From positions 23,002,001 through 23,066,000 of the forward strand of contig CM022670.1 of assembly GCA_012295275.1 (NCBI GenBank): 64,000 nt of DNA. The letters are read 5' to 3'. The notes below the pieces were generated by a model. That model was not told where the DNA came from. It did no database searches and worked only from the letters and a program-made list of their open reading frames with translations. Source of the DNA: Chrysomallon squamiferum (lineage: Eukaryota; Animalia; Mollusca). Positions within the stretch are counted from its first letter, which is position 1; every line of letters begins with the position of its first letter. A program made the translations under genes and the position numbers. Shown one piece after another: positions 42,783-57,880 of this stretch.

Positions 42783-43769
42783 AATTTTAAAACCGAATTA
42801 AAAACCCCCAGTTTATTCTTTTTCAAAGACATGAAAAGATCAGAGAACACGAATTCAGAGAGCAGAGAACACTAATCCTTTCCTTGCTGGTGCAGATGGC
42901 CACGACGTTCTCGTGTACTGCTAATCCGACGTGAGCGAGGACGTTTAATACCGGCCGCGCTGGAAAGCCGCGGTTGTTGGGTGAAGAACGTCTCAGTCGT
43001 GATGGAACGTGCCGAGTTCAACACGTATTTAACGTCTTCACAACGACGCTCTTGCAATTGCTCGCCAGAGTTTTCCGATTGCGGCACATCCTGAATTTCA
43101 CTTTGCCGTGTTCCTGTTTGACATAATCTAGACAGACGCAGATTATATACGACCACTTTGTTCATGTATATTTCGGCCCAGATAATAGATTCATTAATTC
43201 ATTTTTTATTGATTGGTCAAGCGGTCAGTCTGAGTGGATATGTGCAACATCAGGAAGAAAACGTATTTGATATGAGTTAGTTCTGAAAGAGTTCTTCAAG
43301 ACATTTATTGAAAGACTTTCAACATGTAATATTTCAGACAAACGAAGGCAAATTTGCGAAGAAGATGATAACAAACGAACAATTCACAAGATCATTGTCA
43401 TTTATTAACGTAATTATTTTCACAACGTTGAATGCTTAAATACTTTCATTATTATAAGCAATGACTTATTATACAACGACATCATGGTACGTTGGTTGTG
43501 ATGTATTTATTTTTGAAGTAAATGTAAAAATATAATTATCAATATTCACACTGCCTTCAACAGACGATTGTCGTCCCAGTTCGTGTAAATAATTAAAAAA
43601 TATAGATAGCAAAATCTCTAGAGAAAAATAATGCACATTTCATACCAATATCAGACGATGTGCATCGATTCTGTTTTAATTATATTTCACTGGCACCGTA
43701 AATATACAAATATACAACGTATATGCATATACTCAGACGAACACACACCCACACCCATACCCACACCCA

Positions 43770-43807
<38 letters not shown>

Positions 43808-44741
43808 CTAGATGTACTCTTAAGCGTATTTCTGTAGGCAGTTAGGTATTTGAGTATTTAGTAGTTTTTCGTTATCTTTATTTGTATGTATCTAAGCGTG
43901 TACGTATCGTCCTGCTAGGTTCAGCTACACAAAATCCAAACATACACGCGACGTTTGTGTGTACTTCACTATCTAATGGGGATGTAGAATAATTAGACGG
44001 TCACATAACCGCTAACTCCCACACCCGAAAACAACAACAACAACAAAACCAGACTTTTATCTCTCATTTGGTTTTTCTCAGTTTCACTGACACACTGACT
44101 CAGCATATTTAAAAAAAAAAAAAAAAAACACACACACAAAAAAAAAAAGAAGAAAAAAAAAGAGAACAAAACAGTGTTTGGTGTATCGTTAAATGAAATA
44201 ATTCTGCCTTTTACACACAAACACCAACACACAGAAAACGCATGTTTGAATTAGATATATTAATATTGCATACGAATTCAAATATTGTGCGACATAACTG
44301 AATGAACTGTATTTAATTATAGCAAGTTCTTACTGAAGACATTTTTCATTTTCTTCGCGGTAGTTTTTGCCTCTGTTGTAAATGTCGAAATGCGCTCATG
44401 GCGTTTCTAATCTTGTGTCTGATGTGACTTAGAAGAACGGTTAATAATGTCAGCCGAGCTGATTCCACGTGTTCAGCTTATTTGTCCAGTCTTTATTTAG
44501 ACAGAATTCCTCGTTTTTATTACAGCTGTTTTTCACTTGAATCATGAAATGGTAATTAAATGTTTGATTCAGTATAATTGATTTCTAAGAAATGATGAGG
44601 TATCACAGACCTTATTTGGGATTCTATATTATGCATACGCAAAAACATAAACATACACATACATATACTAATATAAACACATAATTATATACACATATAC
44701 ACACATAAATGTATATACATTCAGACAGACAAATATACATC

Positions 44742-44778
<37 letters not shown>

Positions 44779-45263
44779 TTTGGGTGTCTAAGAATTAACT
44801 ATTAAGATTGTTCCTTTAAATCTTTTGCACAACTGTTTATTTTTTCCAGATGAAAGGAAAAATGGAGATATACTTTTATTAAATGTACTTCATTTATTAT
44901 TATTATTATTAATATTATTATTATTTATTTATTTAGCTTAATTTTAATGACATACTACTTTAATTAATTAATAATAAAAAGTAATAATAATAATATTAAA
45001 AAATAAAAAATAGAAGCACCAAAACAGGAATGAAAAAATATCTAGAAAAACAGAAAAAAAAAAAAATCCATTTAAAATTTTATGGCAAAGGTGGTTAATG
45101 TTATTCCGTTTTGTAGAAAGAAAACGTTTGTTAAATATTTGACAGAAGAGATTTTATTATCCGTTACTCTGAATAATGTTTTAACGTGTTCGGTTGTCTG
45201 ACACTGAAATCTTCACGGATCAGCTGAACCACAACTTATTACTGGGTAAGATAACCCCCAAAA

Positions 45264-45294
<31 letters not shown>

Positions 45295-45812
45295 AAATAT
45301 ATAAATATAGATAGGTAGATAAAGGTAAAAAATAAAATAATAAAAAAATTAAAAATTAAAATTAAAATTGATGACATAATAATGATAATGACAAGAATAA
45401 AAATTATCACAACGATAATGATAATGACGTTGACGGTAATGGTGATAATAATTTTACAATATAATTTTTTTTTTTTTTTTTTTTTAAGTATTCTCCAAGA
45501 AGAGCATTAGGAAAACTAAAATAGATTTTTCCATTAGGTAAAATCTAAAGTGTGCAATCATATCGGTTTTTTAATAAAATAATCAATAAATGCAAGCAAG
45601 TCTTCATAAATTATTTTATATATTCATGGAAGACTCTTGTTTCTAAGATACTAAACAGAAATTTTCAATTAGATTTTCGGCGACCATCTTAACTGCAGAG
45701 CAAGTATTTGGTAATTATATCAACATTGACTCATTTGGAAAATATTTCCTCAGTGAAATTTATAGTAAAACATAAAAAATGAATACATAATAGAACACAG
45801 AGAGATTATTAA

Positions 45813-46090
45813 GTAATAAAACACAGATGAAATATTTACATAATAAAACACAGATGAAATATTTACATAATAAAACACAGATGAAATATTTACATAATAA
45901 AAGACAGTGGAAATATTTCAGCAGTAACGCAGAAATATCACCACAATAAACGCATAGGAATATTACCATACAAAAACACATTGGAAATATTTCCATATCA
46001 AACACGTTTGAAATATTTTCATAACAAAGCACATCTGAAACACTGACATGGTAAAAACACCTTGAAATATTTTCACAGTAAAAGACGTAC
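45813..46090. repeat. 27-bp minisatellite, ~3 exact copies decaying rightwards
   Basis: TAATAAAACACAGATGAAATATTTACA x3, then degenerate GAAATATTT-containing copies. Confidence 0.8.
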
Positions 46091-47274
46091 ATACATTTAC
46101 GTAATAAATTTCAATGTAAAAACACTGAAACATTTATACAGTATAAATAATTTGAAATATTTGAATTGATAAAGCTAAATATGAAAATATCGCGAACAGA
46201 TTTTAAAAGCAGATTTCAGATTTCTGGGCTAATGATTTGTAGTTAACACCACAGATTTACAGTTTCCTAAATCGCTAAAAATTTGAATGGTTTAGCGGTT
46301 AAAGGCTATAGAAACAACAATCGTCAGGCAAATAAAAATAAATATTTGATATGCAACCATATTCTTCTGTTAATACGTTCATTACGTGTGATAATTTTGT
46401 GGTAATTGCATTTTTAATTATTTAAGTAGGAAATGATTTCATTAATTTTGATTTCACTTTATAAACAGCGGCACGTAAAATATTAATAGAAATTTAAGGT
46501 TACCATTGTGTTACGAACAAACAGACTAAATTCATATTGCTTCTCTGACCAGAATATCAGCCTCGGTGTACAAATGTACTGCCAAAGACTGCTCAAAATT
46601 ATAAATAAAACAAATAATTCTGAAATGTCTCACATATGATTTGTCAAAGGCAATGAATGGTATGTTCTTCTCTGTCTTTGTGAAGCTGCACATCGATAGC
46701 CCCCAAAAAAGCACGTATGGGAACCACTGATATAAAAAGAAAAATTAACGTAGCTGTTTGAAGTGGCGGTTTCCCATCTTAGATCAGTTCTATAAATAAC
46801 AAACTACCTTTACAGGATTAGTCAAACAAAAACAGAACAAAACCATCAGAACTGTGGTAAAACAATGAATCAAAATTATAAATGGTAAATAAATTAAATC
46901 ACCATTAAATACCTTTAAAAAAATGCAAAAAAAAAAAAAAAAAAAAAATCCGTGGTAAAACTAATAAACCGACATTAAAACTGATGAGTGCGTGTCCCCA
47001 TTGAGGCTAGGCCAGTTTGTCTTATTCTTCTTTCTTATCTTTCCTTTACTTTTTTCTTTCACTTCATTTCCACTTTATCTCTCGATTTGAAACTGTCAGC
47101 TTTGCCAGATTAATCTTCAGATTTCTTCACATCAGTGTCTTGTGTTGTGCATCATTCCAGACTTCTTCCATCATTAATAATCTGTTCTTTCCCTCGATTC
47201 CCTTGGCAATCTGGTGTTTTGGCATAACTGATAAGAAATTGTAGGGTATGAATGGTTCGCATGACTGAATATCT

Positions 47275-47390
47275 GGACGTAGCTTGCTGGCTCAAAGCTC
47301 CTCAGTTGCCTGACGCATAGACGGATCAAACCTTGGTGCCTCCCGAAGGGTTTTTTTCAGTCCATCATCTGACCCATAACTAATGTATAG
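47275..47390 (+). mobile_element. Degenerate tRNA-derived SINE-like fragment
   Basis: GGACGTAGCTTGCTGG (A-box-like) ... GGATCAAACC (B-box-like), followed by a non-tRNA body; no cloverleaf. Confidence 0.4.
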
Positions 47391-49035
47391 TCTAAGCCAG
47401 AACGTTTTATTTAACTGAGTATTTTACGTGTTATATACCGAATTTCATGATATTTTATAATTTGTCACATTAATTCAGAGAACATCTTGCTTTGGCTTGT
47501 AAGAAAACACTGCAGATATTTTTATTTGGGCAGAAAAAGAAGACGAAACTTTGAAGTAGAAAAAAAACAAAAAAAAAAACAAGCCAAAAACAATTGTTGC
47601 ATGGGAAAAATACATCAACAGAATTGATGATGATGATGATGGTGATGACGATTCCAAACAAGTGGATAACGCTAAGAGCAGGAAACAAATGATAAGAGGA
47701 ATGAATCTGCACTAGGAACGATTACCAAACAATGCAATAATGACAATTCTGCGAATGGATGCGGTGAAACATAATATACAGCAATTACTAATCACTCCTC
47801 AGATATAAACGTGTTTGCGCTGCAATTCTCACCAGTGTTACAGAACGCGTTAACGAGCTGTGAGTTTCAGTGGTTTTTTTGTACAACATCGGAATATTCT
47901 GAAAAGCTCATATCAGTTACAACATTGTGAGTTATTTGTGCAAAAACAGTGATCTGGTAATGGGAAATGGAAATGGTGCAAAAACATTAAAATGTATGAC
48001 GTAGGTGTGTTAATAACTGTTAGCATACTTCATCAAATTGTTTGAAAAGTACGTTAATGTCAACAACCTCTATATGACATGGCATATTGACTTACTTCTC
48101 TAATGACGTAATAATAATAATAATAATAATAATGACAATAACAACAACAACAACAATATAAAAATAATAACAATAACAATGACAACAATAATAATAACTT
48201 CATCACTATCTCTGTAATCGAAATCGATTGAGACCATTATCACCATTCAAAGACACAGATCATTCAACGATCATTTGCCTTTTGAATTGAATATTACATG
48301 AAAACTCGATATTTTGCTATTGAAATATTCTTTGCCTGATAAACAATGTATTAAATTTTAATTCGATTCCAAGTTTTAGAATTTGCTCACAAAAGAACTG
48401 AGTGAAAACAGAAGATGCTTGATCCCGGCTTTGGTTTCTCGCAGGCTTGACATTTAATTATGTGACTGAACTTGTAATTAACTGAAACTGATTGCAGAGT
48501 GGCTTCTCCTCATTTTAAACATTCCTACACAAGAACTGTCATGCATGATGTCATCAACTCAGTTATTTTCAATATTATTCAGATTTGTTTATTTTTTATT
48601 TAATTTTTTATTTTTTTAAATTGTTTTTTTTTATTTTTTTGACTGTGGGCTTCATCAGTGATGTTCTTCGGAAAGAATCAGAGAGAAAAGCTAACACACA
48701 CAGACATAAATCTATGAATCTGAGAGAGACATGCATATTGATGGTCGAGATGAACCGACAGAAGGTCATACGTTGATTGATGTGAATACTAACTGAGAGG
48801 ATTTTGTGCTAAATGTTTATAACGTTTTTATTGGAACATCAGAAAATTCTCTTCTCGTCACAGTTCTCAAGCTAAGGCAAACATCGTGTCCAGAACAAAA
48901 ACGATTTAGAGATGGCATCAGCAAAGAATATTAACATTGCAAGTCAAAAATAAATACACGTAACATATCACTGTGTGGCATCACTAATATTAAAAGAAAA
49001 TATATCATCTGCTCTTCTTGCTTCTGATATTTCTT

Positions 49036-49138
49036 AAGTGTTTATATTTACAGTAATTACGTTTCAAGTGTTTATATTTACAGTAGTTGTGTTTTAAGTG
49101 TTTATATTTACAGTAATTGTGTTTTAAATGTTTATATT
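49036..49138. repeat. ~30-bp tandem repeat, ~3.5 copies
   Basis: AAGTGTTTATATTTACAGTA(A/G)TT..GTTT repeated. Confidence 0.8.
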
Positions 49139-49581
49139 CACAACACAATTATCAGCGATGCTCATCTGCAGAAGACTGGTAGGAAGTTCTTGTTTAATGT
49201 TTTGGAACTAAGGTTATTTGAATGTGTGTTTTCGAAAATGAAGAAAAAAAAAATGACTTTCGATCAACAACAAAGATTACTTAATCGATCACACACAGTG
49301 TTGTGATGGTTTTCAAATCGAATCTGAATCAGAAGAGAAGACTTGCTGAATTGAGTAATCACGGTGACAGTAAACAAAACAAACAAACAAATAAATTAAA
49401 AAAATTAATGAATGAAATTATGAATAAATATATTAAAATTATTTATGTTTTATAATTAAACCGGGAACATTGAAACATATTTCTTTATTTAAAAAAACAA
49501 CAACAACAAAAAACCTCGTATAATTATTGTCTCGCTGAAATATGAAATTAAATATTTTATTGCCTAAAGCATTGTAAAAAC

Positions 49582-49623
<42 letters not shown>

Positions 49624-50699
49624 AACGACTAATTATATCGTCTAACAATATTATCATACTTCGTAATGTAACACCACACTTAGCTCGTGGTATACAGACT
49701 CGTCTCAAATTAAAAACATTATACAGTTCGCGGTGGTGGAAATATGATGGAGAAATAATCTTCTTACGAATTTTAGTCATGTTTTCCCCCGAGAACTGAG
49801 TTAAACCTCTTAACACTTTTATATCCAAAACAAATATTAGATTCACTACACTAAATACTTCAGTGCCTCTTGAAGACTTCGCCCACGCCTTGAATTTAAT
49901 AACTCTATTTTCCAGTGATATATCTTTATCTTATTTATGAATTTCTTATAGTCTGTACATTCAGGTGTTTCACAAATTTGAGAAAACATACCAAAACTCA
50001 TATATACATACGCACACACATACATACATACATACATACATACATACGTAAACACACAAACTCGTAGTCAAGAGTTTATTCTGGAACAATCAAGCCTTCT
50101 GGACATAAGAACTGATTCTGTTCTCATCAAAGGAAATCTTCTCTGAACGCAGCTAAACGTTTCAGTAATCCACTTTATCTTTAATACTTAGAAATACGTG
50201 CTTCATTTTGACAGTGCTGCCTCCTAGACGTTTTCCTTCGAGCCTTTAACGACTACGGGTATGTGAGAACAGCCCTAAAAATGTAATTAAAGCGTCACAT
50301 CGACTGATTAGAAAATAATGTCAACAAGATAAATAAACAGAACTGCTTCACGAACATTTTAATATTTATTTTTGCTGTTATTGCTTCTGTTATTGCTCTT
50401 TATTGCTTTATCTCTAACACTTGTTACACTTTTTTTGGGATATTAACAACATTATAAAACTCTTTTGAAAACATACATCCACAGTATGGAAAATCTTTTT
50501 GTGATCTGTTAACGTCATTTGACTATGCAAGCCAGAGAGGTAAATGAAAGAAATAGTTTGATCAATGCGGATTTTATTATTATTTTTAAATTATTATTTC
50601 TCACTGCAATTAACCATTGTTTTGTGGTTGGGACCCATTTTCCCCTTAAAGACTACTGACATTTTACAATTTTTATACTCATCACTCGCAATTTTTATT

Positions 50700-52250
50700 C
50701 AGCTGTAGTGTCCCTCTTTTGGGTGAAAAGTTTTGGGATGTTATTTCCACACGTTCCTGATTTTCACTGTGATTCCTTTAAAGGAATTCTTCTAATTCAT
50801 CCCTCAGATGTCTCACTGGTATTCCTGTGAATCTTTTTTTTTTTTCGTGTAGTTTGCAAGTGTTGGTACGTGATTTTACAATTACTATACTGATCAGGTC
50901 CATCTTCATCCTGTACAGTCATATCTTTGTTCTCTGTTTTCTCTCTTACCCAAATGTTTGTTTGTTTAGTCCCGATATGTCATGTTGACATTGTGCAGTT
51001 ACAGTTATTTCTTTGCATGTTTAGTTACTGTCCATTTTCCGCGCCAAGAGTCACAGCTTTACTTACACTTGAGTTGTAAACTCTCTTCGAGCAAGTTTCA
51101 AAGTTAACCTGTCTCACAAACGCGGTTCAGTCAGCTGTGATTCGAACAATATTTGCTCTTTGCTCAGTCGTGTACAAATCTGTATTAAATATCACTGAAA
51201 GAACGAAATAAAATAGATTATACATGATAATTTAAAAAGTTATTTATTTTCTAAAATGATAAGTGACGTTTGCGACCCCTGTTCTTTGTTCTCTTTTTGA
51301 TGGCCTTGAATATTTCTGAATGCACTATTCGCTTTTGGTTGCTGATGATATTAGCTTTACCGTCGCTTTTTCATCAAGACTTGTGTAGGTGCTGATATCC
51401 TCGATTTGTCTTTCTTGTTGGTTGATTTGGCTATGATTATGGCACTTTGCTGGATCATGTCTGTGATGTTCTTGTAGTGTCTCGATAGCTGAAATTCAAT
51501 CTTCTTTGATGCTATTTGTGTGACATGCATTTCATGTTCATTAGCTTTTTCCTTTCAGCACCTACGCTCACTTTGATTTTGCTCATTACAAGTCTGTAGA
51601 AATGATGACTTGATTAATGACTGTTATATCTCTGACTATGTTTAGCTTGTTTATCAAGGTTTATTCAGTTCCGTTTCCTGTTTGTATTTGTTTTTGTTTT
51701 TTTTTGTAGAAATATTGTATTCATGATTGTGTACTTTCGCCATTCTCCCAAAATGTCATCTCTTTCGTGTTTTGTGTTTAGTTCACATTTCCATAGGATT
51801 CATTGTTTCCCGTTACACTCGTCTAGTGAGGATGTTTTTTCTAATATCTCGACAGTGTCGTCGTAGACGCTATCTGTGATGTCTGAGTATGACTTTTTTG
51901 GTGTACTACTTTAGTTTGTAATGCTGCGCATAGAACAAGTTCTGCTACCCTTGGTCTAATGCTCTCTACCTTCACAATGCTGACTTTTCATTTCTTTTTA
52001 TTGATAAAACTTACAAACTCTTGCCAGTTGTTTGCATTGGAATGGTATAGCAGGGGGTAATTTTGTTCGATCCTTCTTTTCACCTAACTTCTGCTATCCC
52101 AAATACATCCCTTACCAGACTTGTAGCTAGAACTTCTTCTTTCAGTTCATGTCTCTGTCAGTCTCTCAGTAATGATCTAGCGTCTGATGTCGCTATTTTT
52201 GGCGATATTAAATTCTTTTTTCGGCGGCTCTTTTTGATCTTGAATTTCTA
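50700..52250 (-). mobile_element. Decayed RTE-clade LINE (APE endonuclease region plus 3' remnant)
   Basis: Minus strand: KIATSDARSLLRD*QRHELKEEVLATSLVRDVFGIAEVR*, LLYHSNANNWQEFVSFINKKK*KVSIVKVESIRPRVAELVL and IVRDITVINQV..RLVMSKIKV, typical of RTE endonucleases. LRDEL-like C-terminal remnant near 50790-50820. Many stops; boundaries approximate. Confidence 0.75.
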
Positions 52251-52344
52251 ATATCCTCTGTTCCTATTCTGTATTGAACAGAGCCGCCTCCGTGGTAACA
52301 GATTCTATCAAAGCCTTCGCATTATGGTATTTGCACGCTGGTAC

Positions 52345-52395
52345 TTTGGCCTACCGTTTGTCCGACAGTCGGGCACTCTAACCATAGACCCACAG
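52345..52395 (-). mobile_element. tRNA-derived SINE head fragment
   Basis: Minus strand GTGGGTCTATGGTTAGAGTGCCCGACT resembles a tRNA D-arm/anticodon stem start; truncated. Confidence 0.35.
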
Positions 52396-53532
52396 TTTTT
52401 ATAATAAGTGATTTTGAAAATGTTATGAATATTTTATCAGCATCCTCATCACCATCATCAACATCAGTGTCATCATCTTCATCCTCATCCTCCTCATTAT
52501 TGTAACAAACCCTTGTCTTCAGTGATTACAACATTTTACAAATATTTGTCTTTTCTTTAAATTCCTTCTATATATCCAGTATATGGTTTGATAAGTAGAG
52601 AATCAGTGTACATTCACAATAATAACAACAGCAGCAACAACACTGACATAAAAATATAAAGATACATTTTCACTTGAAAAAAAAAAAAAAAAGCTGAATA
52701 AAATTTATTGTATATATATAAAAAACGAAATGTTTAGCGATATTCGTCATATAAAACAATATTACAGATAAAAATTATAATAATATCTTGGAAAAGTAGT
52801 CTCCACCTGAATATGTCTCTTTCTTGTCAAAAATATTTAAGAATACAAAAACAAACAAAAAAACAAGCCAAAAAAAAAACAACAATAACAACAACAACAG
52901 CAAAACAATACACAAAAAAAATAAAAATAAAAAAAATAAAAAAAAATAAAAAAATAAAAAAATATATATAGTTCGTTGAAAAAACAAATGCTGTTGAAAA
53001 TTAAATATTCTCCTGGTTATATTCCTGGTATTGCCTGGAGCAGTTGTAAGGGTTGGTAATGGGAACCTGCCAAATGCTTCTGTTGTGTCTCTAATGAAGG
53101 TTCATTTACTTTTGCCTGGAGCCAAGTTGAGATGGTATGTATCTCCGGGGACAGTTGATGGAAGAATATATAATAGTACGAAATAAAGTTATCTTTCGCA
53201 ATACGTCGAAGAATATGTAAAGATTTCGTATTCTTGACCGTCGGGAATAACTGTGTGCTGAAACTTTACATTCTTTGTAGTAAGATCACAGAAATGTTAT
53301 ATTTTTATCACTGTGTTACCATCGTCGTCGTCGTCGTTCTCTCCTTTGCTGTCGAAATAATTATGCATGCGGATACGCACGCACACAACTCACAAATAAG
53401 TAATTATTTTCCAGAAATAATCCCAGGTGTTGACTTTACATAAACGAATAACTGACTGTGTGACTCAATGAAATAAAAAAAAAAAAAAATTACAGAAAGC
53501 CTTAATAAAGCTAAGAACAAATAAACAAACAA

Positions 53533-53572
<40 letters not shown>

Positions 53573-56500
53573 TAACCAAAGAATAGAATGTATAAATAAA
53601 TAAGTAAATAAATAAATAAATAAATAAATTAACAAAAAAAAAAAGAAAAAAAAAAGAATAAGAATAAATAAATAAATAAAAAATAAATATATAGATGCAT
53701 AGATAGGCAGATAGACAATTCTAGCTATTTAGAATAAAAATTATTTACTGTAACTAATTTAATGTATTTGATGGGGAACTATCACGATTTTATTACCAAC
53801 ATGTTGTTTTGATGTCCCAAATATGATGAAAATGAACTTGTCGAAGCTTTGATGAAGACAAGTTCTGCTGATAAAATCTTTAATATCGCTGTGATAACAG
53901 TTTGCTTTTCCCTCGTCTGCTGAGAGAAACTGATTTGTTCATGTCATGGCTGCAATTTGTAGTCGCTGAGCGCAGTGATCTTTACAGTTACCATGAGAAA
54001 ATGTTATGATTCTGTTATCTTTCTAGTAATATAATTAATGCATTTTCAGTACGGTTTATAAACTATTACCCTTTCGTCTGTAGTTAGCTGCTATAATTTC
54101 ATTGCTTGTGTAGCTTCACTGATCAAATATTTGCTTGGGTCTTGTTTTTTCTCTATAAAATAGTTTCTACTGGCAAAATTAAGGTAGTTAATGCATTTAA
54201 CGATAAGGACAGCCGTTCTTTCCTTGTGAAGTTTTTATTGGTGTCAATTAGTTGTTCTGAAGCATTTCTGCCTTGGAGTACACATCTTCAAAACATCGAG
54301 TAGGTGTATAGAAATATTTAGTAAGTGATTCTGTGTAATGGTCTGGATCAAGAATCGACACTCACGTCATTCACCTCGTTTATTTAGAATAGGAATTTCT
54401 TTTTTTTTTTAGATGAGAACTCGATTCTGGACATGATGATGTAACAGACGTATTTATCAACACTACACACGTCGTCATGGTTCTATAACGATTCGTGTCT
54501 GATCTTGTTCAGACAAACGGAGAAACTCTATCATCCATATTTGTCATTTACCATACATTTCATTAACGTTTAGAGAGCCCATCGGAATCAAGTGCATATG
54601 TCATATGATTGTCACAAACATCGCTGATCCTAACACACGGAGAACTAATGAGCTGGAATGTCTAGGGACGAAACATCATCATCAGTCACAGGAGTCGCCG
54701 TGTGCGTTCAGTTAAACTTTAATTTGAAATACACCTGAAGCCACTGAACCGTTAAGAACGAGCCAGAACGTTTCTTTATTCTTTTATTCATTCTTTCCTC
54801 TTTTTTTGTCTCTTCCATCATTCTTTCTTTTTTGTTTTGTTTGTTCATTTTTTCTTTTCGAGGGCGTACGAAGCAGGGACAGTGGACAACTGTCCTCATA
54901 CATTCGGGGAAAAACGGTGGGCAAACTTTGAGCAACTTAAGAAGAAAACAGCATTTTTGAATTTGCTTATTGTCTGGTTTGTTGAATGGTAAAAAGACCT
55001 GTTATTAGAAGTTCGTATTTGTGTTTTTATGTGTAAAATTTTCGAGCAAATCCAGAACTCTGCTCCGTGTGTCTCCATATAGTATTCTTTCTTTCTTTCT
55101 TTCATTCTGTCATCAAATACAATAAATTCTATTCACTTTTCATTGTTTTACTCGTATGTTTTTTCAGTTTTGATGACCTTTGTTGATAGTTTCTCGTTTC
55201 ATTAAAGATGTATAAACATTCGTCATTGTCTGAGCCCGATCTGTTCACGAGTCAAATGTCAGGTAGACGTGTATTTCTCATGGGTAGCTTTTTGTCACAC
55301 ACTATTATAAATCAACAAGTAACACTGGGAATCATTATAAAGAATCAGACTAAGGACAAACCTACACTAGTTGTATATAAGCGATAATAACCTTGTGTGC
55401 AGATAATGAATAAGAATTATGCTAATAATAGAAAGAATCTACATTTTTAATTTTTCGTAAAACACTACGAGTTTAATATTTAATACTTTTTAACTAGAAT
55501 ATTTTGCAATGGTTCATAATAAACTTGGACATTGATTTATTGACTGCTGCTGACAATATAGTTTTAAAATACAATCTTGTTTATGAAAACGTCTGATGCG
55601 TCCATTTTTTTTTTTTTTTTTTTCATTTCTGAAGAATACGTCATGTTAATGATAATTATTTTGTTTTCCGGGAACCGGTATAAATAGAGAAAAAACAAGA
55701 TTAAATTATCGAAAAAGATATTGAGAAATAACATAACTGCTGTATTTCAGTAGTGGAAGGAAAAACGAGCTTAATCCATTCCTGAATATCCCACAATTTT
55801 ACGATAATTATTTTATCAGAATGTATTTATCATTATTTCTTTCATGCGACACAACGGAATTTCTACATCTTTTTTTTTTAATACAGTTTCTACTAAATGT
55901 ATTTTAAGCATATTGTTTTTAAAGTAATAATTTATTTTAATTATACTTGTGTGTTAAGAACCTGCAACTTCTTTACTGTTAACTGCTTCCATGTTGTGTA
56001 ATAAATGTTTTTTTTTTTTTTTTTTTTTTACTTTTTCTAAATTTATGTTTTGTAAATTTTTTTTTTTTTTTTTTTTTAAATATAATTATACAAATGTATT
56101 AAAACACAAAGTAAAATCATTACGACCTGAAGACAAAGTCACCTCAGTGTATTGATAATTTCCTTGCTCCAAGCATTAATTAAAACCTGTGCTGAAATTA
56201 CAGATATCAAGAAAGGAACTGAAACATACAAAGGAAGCTTTCTTTAGATGTCAGAAACACATTCTAATAAAACTTTAACGAGCCTCGTTTGTTCTAACTA
56301 CGTATATTTTTTTCAAAATCTAATCTAGAGATAAACACAGTTTAATGAACGCGCATTTTTAAATCACAGGAAAGATGCTACGTTATTTGATGGCAGCTCT
56401 CTGTCAGTATGATCTCAGCTTAATTATCACTGAATAAACTGTTAACGCAGCTTTTGTGAATCTGGTCCATAGAATATTACACGAAAAAACATTGTTCTTG

Positions 56501-57830
56501 AGAATTAGCAACAGTGCAAAAACTAAGATGGATTACCAAGGACAAGATAAACGATGAACTGCTGGTTCAGACTTTCGAGACATTTCTATGGATTAACAGA
56601 TGAATTCTGAAGCTGTACAATTTCACAGAGAATCCGGACATCAGCGACGTGGTTCCTTCTGCTCTCTGACAGTGTGACTGTGACTGTTCTGTTCATTTCA
56701 ATCAGGAATTACACGAAGTTTCTGCCTGGCACACAGAGAGCGTGAGCACAACTCGACTAATTCTGTTTCGTCACGACTGGAAAAGAAATCAAGGAAAATG
56801 ATAATGGTGATGTCATGACAACGATTAATTCCAGTTTAGTGACAACAATTGCAGAAGCAATAACAGTAACAATAATAATAATAATAATAATAATAAAGAT
56901 GAAGAAATTGATGATGATGATAATAATGACAATGATGATAAATAAATAAATATATTTTTACTGTAAATTTGATTTCTTCATAGGAAATAAAACCAGACTT
57001 TGGAAAATAACTGAAATGCATAATACACATATTTAAAAACCAGGAAATTGTTGTTGTTGCTGGGTTTTTTTCTTAATTTTTCTGCCTGCATATTTGTTTG
57101 GCAGTTCATTCATCCATCGGTTTCATTAACTGTGCATCTATCTTTCTGAAACGTCTCTCTGTCAGTCAATCAATCAACTAGTCAGTCGGTAAGTCGGTCT
57201 GTCTGTTTATCTGTGTTTCTGATTTATCTCTCTTGCGTTCTTTTTCTCTTTCTAACACGAGCGTTGCCTGTGGTCTATCAGAAAACTCGGTTTGACAAAT
57301 TAATTAAAGAAAAATAATGAAAATGTCACTGAAGGAAAAAGAATCGTAATACAGATATTTCACAGTAATCGTTGTTTATTGTCCATCTCTAATATAAACA
57401 CGATTATTTTAGTAAAAACAGATTTGATTGATAGCCCGATTTTATTCGGTGGATATTTATTACAGATTTGGAGTCTTCCAATAAAACTTGGAAGTCATCA
57501 GTCAGAAGGATAACTCTTCGTTATTAACAAGAAAATCATACCTTTGGCATTTTTGTTGCTGACTTAATTTGATATCATTTCAAAGAAGCCGAGTAGCCGT
57601 GAGGAGTTGAAAAGACTTTTTTTTATATATACATACAGTAATAACACTTTGAAAAGTTAATGGTGTTAAGGTTCCAGTACATGCATGCAGAGACTAACAC
57701 ACACACACACCCACACACACTCACACACATTATTTAATTATTTTTGTTTCTTTTTAATGAATAAGTGATATGAAATTTTTGTTTGTTTATTTATTTATTT
57801 ATTATTATTATTATCATTATCATTATCACT

Positions 57831-57880
<50 letters not shown>

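Noticed and set aside
47275-47390. Possible tRNA gene
   Set aside because: Has A/B-box-like motifs but no cloverleaf; better explained as a decayed SINE head
56660-56745. Possible miRNA-like hairpin (gctctctg...cagagagc)
   Set aside because: Pairing is limited to ~8 bp, and I recognise no mature miRNA
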